From an uncultured delta proteobacterium (GTDB taxonomy: Bacteria; Myxococcota_A; Polyangia; Fen-1088), in assembly GCA_963737265.1 (NCBI GenBank), contig CAVTRY010000013.1, positions 96,001-160,000 on the forward strand: a stretch of DNA of 64,000 nucleotides, given 5' to 3'. This document shows positions 58,674 through 64,000 of the stretch, piece by piece. The translations under genes were made by a program, and so were the position numbers. Under the pieces are notes generated by a model that did not search any database, was not told the DNA's origin, and worked only from the letters and a program-made list of their open reading frames with translations. The first letter of the stretch is position 1. Every line of letters starts with the position of its first letter.

Positions 58674-60409
58674 GCGGATTCTCCCACGGTCATCTCTGAC
58701 TTGCGTATTACCAAACCGTCGTCAACCCACCGTGCAAGGATTTGAAACGCACGCGCAGGCGCCTCGTCCCCGTGCTGCGGGTCTTGCTCTATCATCGTTT
58801 GGCACAACTCGGCCATAGTCGCACCGCCCGCCGCCTCGGCCAGCATCGCCGCTTCCTCGGCGCCGTCGACCTCGCGATGTCGGACCTCGAAGTCTTGGCG
58901 CCACACCAGCAGCGATTCGGAGCGTGCCTCGGGCTCGCGCGGGTGTGGTGGCCGCCCCGAGCCCCAAATCGTTGACAATGCAAATGCGAAATTGAACACG
59001 GTGTGCGTCGGGCTCAGTTGCACGGCCAAGCTGACGAACCCGTCGGCCGGCAGTCCCCGCAACATCTCCAGGCTGAGACTCGGGACGTCCTGCCCATCGA
59101 AGAGCTCTCGGTGGGCTCGCTCAAGGCTAGCCAACTCAGCCAGCCACGGGCGGTCGAGGCCAAGCGCGTGCCCGGCCAGGTAAGCGGCCAGGTGCGCTCC
59201 GGCCTCGCGCAGAGAAGGATGACTCGGCCGATGGGCTAGAAGGTAGTCGGTGACGAAGTCGTGGAAAGCGACGTCGCCGACCGCGGCCACGACGCGCGGG
59301 AATTCCTCGCGCAGAACATCGAGGATTCGATAGAAATACATCTCGGCGTAAATGTCGAGGCGTCGCGTCGCGGGCAGCCGATGGTCGCCGACGACGATCG
59401 CCTCGAGATCGGCATCGGCCAGGCCACGCGCCGCAAGCGCAGGTCCAACCCCAGTCGGTGCCGTGACCAGGTCGTAGAACAGTTCTTGGAGAGTGCGAAG
59501 CGACTTGGCGCTAAGACCGTCGCGCTTGAGACGCGAACCTAGCGAGATCGCAGTCGGACGGGCCTCGGAAACCTCCGCCCGCGCAGCGCAAACCTCGCGT
59601 TCGATTTGGGCGGCCCGCCGCGATTCGGCGACAAGTTCGTCGAGCGGCGGAATGTCGTCGTCGCGCTCGATCAACGTGGCGACCGGTCCGAATCGCGCGA
59701 CCGCCGCGCGATACAAATCCCAGACGCCATCGCTTATCGGGTGATCGTGCGTATCGAGTAGATGCGTCCCTTCGTCGCTGTGACCGGCCAGGTGAATCTG
59801 CCCGACGCGGCCGACCGGGATCCCGTCCAGAAATGCGTGCGGCGAGAATCCGTGATTGTAGGCGCTGACGAAGACGTTGTTGACGTCGAGCAAGACACCG
59901 CAATCCGCCTGCCGGCAGAGCTCGGCCAGGAATTCCCACTCGGTCAGCGACGAGCTCGCGAACTCTAGGTAGCTCGACACGTTCTCGACCAGGATTCTGC
60001 GGCCCAAGCGGTCCTGTACCCGCATCACGCGCTCCACAACGTGAGACAGCGCATCCTCGGTAAACGGCAGCGGCCACAGATCGTGACCGGTGTGTCCGCC
60101 GAAACTAGACCAGCACAAGTGGTCCGACAGCCACGCGGGCTCGATTTCCCGCGCCAAATTGTCGAGGGCATCGAGATACCGCGCGTCCAAGGGATCGACC
60201 GATCCTAGGGACAGTGAGACGCCGTGCAAGACCACCGGCATCCGTTCGCGCACCCGGCGCAAGACCGCGCGTGGATTGCCCCCGGCAACCATGAAGTTTT
60301 CGCTGATGACTTCGACCCAGTCGACCACGGGGTGCAGAATGGAGGACATGGCGACGAAGTGGGGAGGCCGTAGGCCGATGCCGTGGCCGATGCTGGGGAA
60401 GTCGTTCAT
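58670..60409 (-). CDS. DUF692 multinuclear non-heme iron oxidase (MNIO, BufB-like) fused to DUF2063 partner (BufC-like)
   Basis: GIGLRPPH, EVISENFM, HGVSLSLGS, SDHLCW, VENVSSY, LLDVNNVFV, IHLAGH, DTHD, IERDD; then in frame RLDIYAEMY..R..L.EEFP, WLAELASLE, LLVWR. Confidence 0.92.
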   Translation of the reverse strand: MNDFPSIGHGIGLRPPHFVAMSSILHPVVDWVEVISENFMVAGGNPRAVLRRVRERMPVVLHGVSLSLGSVDPLDARYLDALDNLAREIEPAWLSDHLCWSSFGGHTGHDLWPLPFTEDALSHVVERVMRVQDRLGRRILVENVSSYLEFASSSLTEWEFLAELCRQADCGVLLDVNNVFVSAYNHGFSPHAFLDGIPVGRVGQIHLAGHSDEGTHLLDTHDHPISDGVWDLYRAAVARFGPVATLIERDDDIPPLDELVAESRRAAQIEREVCAARAEVSEARPTAISLGSRLKRDGLSAKSLRTLQELFYDLVTAPTGVGPALAARGLADADLEAIVVGDHRLPATRRLDIYAEMYFYRILDVLREEFPRVVAAVGDVAFHDFVTDYLLAHRPSHPSLREAGAHLAAYLAGHALGLDRPWLAELASLERAHRELFDGQDVPSLSLEMLRGLPADGFVSLAVQLSPTHTVFNFAFALSTIWGSGRPPHPREPEARSESLLVWRQDFEVRHREVDGAEEAAMLAEAAGGATMAELCQTMIEQDPQHGDEAPARAFQILARWVDDGLVIRKSEMTVGESA

Positions 60410-60437
60410 CGGGGACGTCTCTCAAATTGAAATGGTG

Positions 60438-60476
60438 CGGCAGCCGGCGATCCAAGGATCTGGTCGCCGGCCGCCG
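60438..60476 (-). terminator. GC-rich stem-loop between the precursor and MNIO genes
   Basis: cggcagccggcga (60438-60450) pairs with tcgccggccgccg (60464-60476); no strong U-tract. Confidence 0.55.
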
Positions 60477-60488
60477 TTCGCCGCCGAG

Positions 60489-60749
60489 CTATTTCTTCCC
60501 TTCCGCGGGTTCGGCCGTGCCGCCTTTGGCCTTGCACGCCTTTTCGGACATGCTCGTCCAGCCTTTGCCCTTGCAGCCATTCTGGCCCTTGCAGGCGTTG
60601 TCGGCCGATTTGCAGCCACCCTTTCCTTTACATGCGTTGACGCCCTGACAGTGCACGCCACCGTCGGACTTGGCGGAAGCTGCGAATGGCGTGGCGGCCG
60701 AGAACAACCCGGCGACGGCGGCGGCGATCAATACACCCTTGGTAGTCAT
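60489..60749 (-). CDS. Bufferin-type (BufA2-like) Cys-rich RiPP precursor with signal peptide
   Basis: Signal peptide, then CQGVNACKGKGGCKSADNACKGQNGCKGKG...ACKAKGG (6 Cys); AAGGAG RBS; directly upstream of DUF692. Confidence 0.9.
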   Translation of the reverse strand: MTTKGVLIAAAVAGLFSAATPFAASAKSDGGVHCQGVNACKGKGGCKSADNACKGQNGCKGKGWTSMSEKACKAKGGTAEPAEGKK

Positions 60750-60824
60750 GTTTCGTTCTCCTTGTGTCTATGGTTGGGCCGGAAAAGCCCGGCGATGGAT
60801 TGGTGAAACGCTTCTCACCTCCCC

Positions 60825-60850
60825 TACGCGGCCTGGCCGCGATCGGTTAC
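60825..60850 (-). promoter_or_regulatory. ECF (SigF/ECF16-type) promoter GTAACC-N16-CGTA for the precursor operon
   Basis: Minus strand reads GTAACC gatcgcggccaggccg CGTA and overlaps the anti-sigma stop codon. Confidence 0.75.
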
Positions 60851-61563
60851 GCCAAAGGGGAGGTTTTTGGTCTGAATGTTTTGAACGAATTCTGGCGGCG
60901 GTTCAAGGCGGTCATGGCCCAGGCCCCGAGCGCCATCAGGGGCAGCGCGGGCAGCAGGTGGCCAATCAGGGCATGCCCTGTCCCGGATATCGGGCAGTGG
61001 ACGCGAATCAGCAGATGCGCCCAGGTGGCGGCCGCCAGACCCAGGCACGCGCCCGTCCACCACGGCCGCGACAGCGTCAGTCCACGAGGCAGGCCGACCC
61101 CGATCCCGAGGAGAGGCAGCGCAATGAAGAACGTGAAGAGGTCGCAATTACGCGCGTGCCACGCCGTCGCCGGCCAACTCGTGAACAGTACGCTCGACGA
61201 TGCGCGGGGGTCGACCGCGACCACCAGGCAAAGGAGCACCGCTGGAAGTCCCAGTACCGCGACGACAAGAGATTCCGACGCCGCGCCGACCATGGTGCGC
61301 CCGCGGGTCAGGCCCGCCACCATCGCCAGCACTGCGACCGCCAGCAAGGTCACGATGGTTTCCGCCAGCGACGGCGCGGGTAGCTCGTGCCAATCGAAGC
61401 GAAGCCCGAGCGCGAACAAGACCGCCCACCACCAGGCCATGGCGCCCATGCCGCCGAGCAACACCCGCCGCGCCCAGGTCCGGGGTCGGGTCGACGGTGT
61501 CAGTGCGGCGGCTTGAAGAAGGCGCGCGCGCAAGTCGGCCGAAGGTCGTTCGGACATCGTCAT
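60847..61563 (-). CDS. NrsF/DUF1109-like membrane anti-sigma factor
   Basis: About 6 TM segments; conserved Cys, GA.LGLAA, HCP....H...GH; ATGA-coupled to the sigma gene. Confidence 0.8.
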   Translation of the reverse strand: MTMSERPSADLRARLLQAAALTPSTRPRTWARRVLLGGMGAMAWWWAVLFALGLRFDWHELPAPSLAETIVTLLAVAVLAMVAGLTRGRTMVGAASESLVVAVLGLPAVLLCLVVAVDPRASSSVLFTSWPATAWHARNCDLFTFFIALPLLGIGVGLPRGLTLSRPWWTGACLGLAAATWAHLLIRVHCPISGTGHALIGHLLPALPLMALGAWAMTALNRRQNSFKTFRPKTSPLA

Positions 61564-62201
61564 GTGCCTTCCCTTTTTTCCGCAATGGCGTCGGCATGGG
61601 GAAAATGTCCAACGAGAAGGGTGCGCAGAGCCTGATAGGCCCGGTGCGCGCGCAATTTTACCGCCCCCTGGGTCGTGCCCATCACTGCGGCGACCTCGGC
61701 CACCGAGAGACCTTCGCCTTTCAGTAGGCGAAACGCGGACGCCTGCGCTTCGGGCAACTTGGCCAGCGCCTCGTCAAGCACGTGCGACAACTCCGCGTCC
61801 GCCAGCATTTCCTCCGCGGAAGGCCCAGGCGAGCACCATTCACGCGAGGCCGCTGGCGCGCCATCGCTGTCGTCCGACCATGCGTTGCTGGCGGATGCCT
61901 CGGGCCGCCGTGATCGCACGCTGTCCAGGAACAGATGCCGGGCGATGGTGTAGGCCCACGGCAACACGGGGGCGCCTGTGCGGTAAAGCCCGCGCGCCCG
62001 GTGAATGCGCAGGAAGGTCTCTTGGGTCAAATCCTCGGACAACGGACGGTCGCGACACAATTTCATCAAGAAGGTGAACACGGCCGGCGCCCCGAGATCG
62101 TAGACGTCGCCCAACGCCGCGTCCTCGCCAGCGGCGAAGAGCGCCATGGCCCGGTCCAGCGGCGAGTGCGGGGCGTCAGCAGACATCCAATCCGTAAGCA
62201 T
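61560..62201 (-). CDS. ECF RNA polymerase sigma factor (start 62186-62246)
   Basis: SEDLTQETFLRIH, PWAYTIARH, LPEAQ..AF.L...EGLS.AEVA, GAVKLRAHRA. Confidence 0.93.
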   Translation of the reverse strand: MLTDWMSADAPHSPLDRAMALFAAGEDAALGDVYDLGAPAVFTFLMKLCRDRPLSEDLTQETFLRIHRARGLYRTGAPVLPWAYTIARHLFLDSVRSRRPEASASNAWSDDSDGAPAASREWCSPGPSAEEMLADAELSHVLDEALAKLPEAQASAFRLLKGEGLSVAEVAAVMGTTQGAVKLRAHRAYQALRTLLVGHFPHADAIAEKREGT

Positions 62202-62477
62202 GTCCCGACGAAGAAGGACTGCACAAGTCCTGATTAGGGTCGCCACATCTATCCATACGCGTGGCGAGACGGCTCGGTTTCGCTGCCATGAAACGAATCA
62301 GCAGGGAACGCCGAGTCAGCCGTACAGCGCCGTCGGGAAAGAGCCGGTGCTGGCAGACACGCGCTTTCGGAATGCATAGGCACCCCAGCGTGAACCCGAT
62401 GAAGCCAGCAGGTAAACTATGGCCACCTTGGGTCATGATAGATTGACATACGGCCCTGGTTTGGGAATGCTCCGGCC

Positions 62478-62649
62478 ATGGGCACGAGCATTCGTACAGC
62501 CGTCAAGGCCACACGGCTGCGGATTGGCATTCAGCAGCAGGATCTGGCCGAAGCCATCGGCGTCAGCCGACAAACGAAGCTGGTGCTGTCCAGGGAAAGG
62601 GGCGAAGGCTTTGGGCGCGGCGGGATTCAACACGGCCGAGGCACGGTGA
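62478..62649 (+). pseudogene. Deletion fusion of an XRE-HTH regulator N-terminus to a modA-like C-terminus
   Basis: MGTSIRTAVKATRLRIGIQQQDLAEAIGVSRQT joins at about 62576 to KLVLSRE/GAKALGAAGF..* (one extra base); TTGACA at 62443-62448. Confidence 0.7.
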
Positions 62650-62653
62650 AGAA

Positions 62654-63487
62654 GTGATAGGCAGGTTTCTCTCCCGGACAACGAGCCGCAAGTTCTATGG
62701 CGTTGCCATGGTTGGCTTGGGCGGGACACTTCTGCTCTTCCTCGTGCTTCCCTTCGTGGCCTTGCTGCTCGACGGAGGGCCCGATTCCATCCTGCGCGGG
62801 CTCGGCTGCGCGCTGACCTGGCCAGCCATGCGCCTGAGCGTAGGAACCAGCCTCATCTCGGTTGGGTTGGTAGTGCTGGGCGGCACGCCACTGGCCTGGT
62901 GGCTGGCGCGCTCGCGCTGGCGCTCGGCACGTTGGCTAGAAATCCTGCTGCAACTTCCCGTCGTCATTCCGCCTGCGGTGGGCGGCATCGCGCTGCTGCT
63001 GGCTTTTGGTCGGCGTGGACTGTTCGGTGGTGTCCTAGAGCGCTTGGGCTGGTCGCCTGCCTTCAGCTCCATCGCGGTAGTCATGGCCCAGATTTTCGTC
63101 TCGGCGCCGTTCTACATGCAGGCCGCTGTGCAGGCTTTTGGCCGCCTAGATCGCAACCTGTTGGCGGTAGGACGCAGCCTGGGCGCTTCGCCGCCGCGTC
63201 TCTTCTTTCAGGTCGCCTTGCCACTCGCGCGTCCATGGTTGATTGGCGGCGCGGCCATGACCTGGGCGCGGGCCCTCGGTGAATTCGGCGCCACTCTGAT
63301 GTTCGCCGGAAACATGACCGGGAAGACTCAGACCTTGCCCCTTGCCATCTACACGGCTTTGGAGCTCGACATTCACACGGCGCAGGCTCTGTCACTCTTG
63401 CTGGTTGCCTTCGCCTTTGCGCTGCTGCTCTTTCTACGCCGTTTCAATCGCAATCTCGAAGTTTCGCGAAAGACGGCTATGCCATGA
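62654..63487 (+). CDS. modB: Molybdate ABC transporter permease
   Basis: LPVVIPPAVGGIALLLAFGRRG, FVSAPF, A..LGAS, ARALGEFGAT.MFAGN..GKTQTLPLAIY. Confidence 0.92.
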   Translation: MIGRFLSRTTSRKFYGVAMVGLGGTLLLFLVLPFVALLLDGGPDSILRGLGCALTWPAMRLSVGTSLISVGLVVLGGTPLAWWLARSRWRSARWLEILLQLPVVIPPAVGGIALLLAFGRRGLFGGVLERLGWSPAFSSIAVVMAQIFVSAPFYMQAAVQAFGRLDRNLLAVGRSLGASPPRLFFQVALPLARPWLIGGAAMTWARALGEFGATLMFAGNMTGKTQTLPLAIYTALELDIHTAQALSLLLVAFAFALLLFLRRFNRNLEVSRKTAMP

Positions 63488-64000
63488 GCGCCGCCCCCCC
63501 TCATCTATCCGTCTCCGTGGACGCCGAGCTGGGACCATTCTTGCTTCGAGCCACGCTGGAAGTCGGGGCCGAACCGCTAGCCCTGATCGGGCCAAATGGA
63601 TCGGGCAAGACCAGCTTGCTGCTCGCCATTCTGGGGCTGCTCAAGCTCGAACGTGGGCACATCGTGCTCGGCGACGAGGTGCTCGTGGACAAGGAGCATG
63701 GCATCGAACGCCCCACGGAAGAGCGCCACCTTGCCTATCTGCCACAGGACTTCGGACTCTTTCCGCATCTCACGGCGGTTCAAAACGTGGCCTTCGCGCT
63801 GGCATGCGGCTCGGAGCCTATCGGCCGAAAGGAAAGGCGGGCGCAAGCCATGGCGTGGCTCGACCGCTTCGGTCTCGGCGGCCTCGCCAACCGCAATCCA
63901 GCGCAACTCTCCGGTGGCGAGCGCCAGCGCATCGCCTTAGCCCGAGCCCTAGCCTCCTCGCCCAGGGCGATTCTTCTCGACGAACCGACTGCCTCACTCG
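63484..64000 (+). CDS. modC: Molybdate ABC transporter ATPase, runs off the window end
   Basis: ATGA overlap; GPNGSGKT, YLPQDFGLFPHL, LSGGERQRIALARAL, LLDEP. Confidence 0.88.
   Translation, partial: MSAAPPHLSVSVDAELGPFLLRATLEVGAEPLALIGPNGSGKTSLLLAILGLLKLERGHIVLGDEVLVDKEHGIERPTEERHLAYLPQDFGLFPHLTAVQNVAFALACGSEPIGRKERRAQAMAWLDRFGLGGLANRNPAQLSGGERQRIALARALASSPRAILLDEPTASL

Overview
GC-rich bacterial chromosomal window of about 45 genes. The Gly/Ser-linker lipoproteins and Cys-rich surface proteins suggest a Myxococcota/Polyangia-like organism (inference). I found no rRNA, tRNA, CRISPR array, transposase or integrase. Housekeeping genes are thiM, an acyl-CoA carboxylase beta subunit, aroC, speA, cimA, cfa and modBC. 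Notable loci: (1) bshC-bshA (bacillithiol) linked head-to-head to a large exported PIG-L amidase/deacetylase, a 45-aa membrane peptide and a sodium:solute symporter, a candidate bacillithiol salvage or conjugate-recycling module; (2) a complete bufferin-type RiPP operon (ECF sigma, anti-sigma, Cys-rich precursor, DUF692-DUF2063 fusion, DoxX) with a visible SigF-type promoter; (3) an orphan TssB-TssC sheath fusion; (4) a stand-alone decaheme OmcA/MtrC lipoprotein; (5) a GGR-like flavoprotein translationally coupled to cfa. The window is also heavily rearranged: three cargo segments are flanked by diverged direct repeats of host-gene ends, and there are several deletion scars or pseudogenes (TetR/flavodoxin, AAA ATPase, XRE-regulator/modA, LiaF-like, Cys-rich protein, GT-C frameshift). 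All family calls come from motif recognition by eye, not from database searches.
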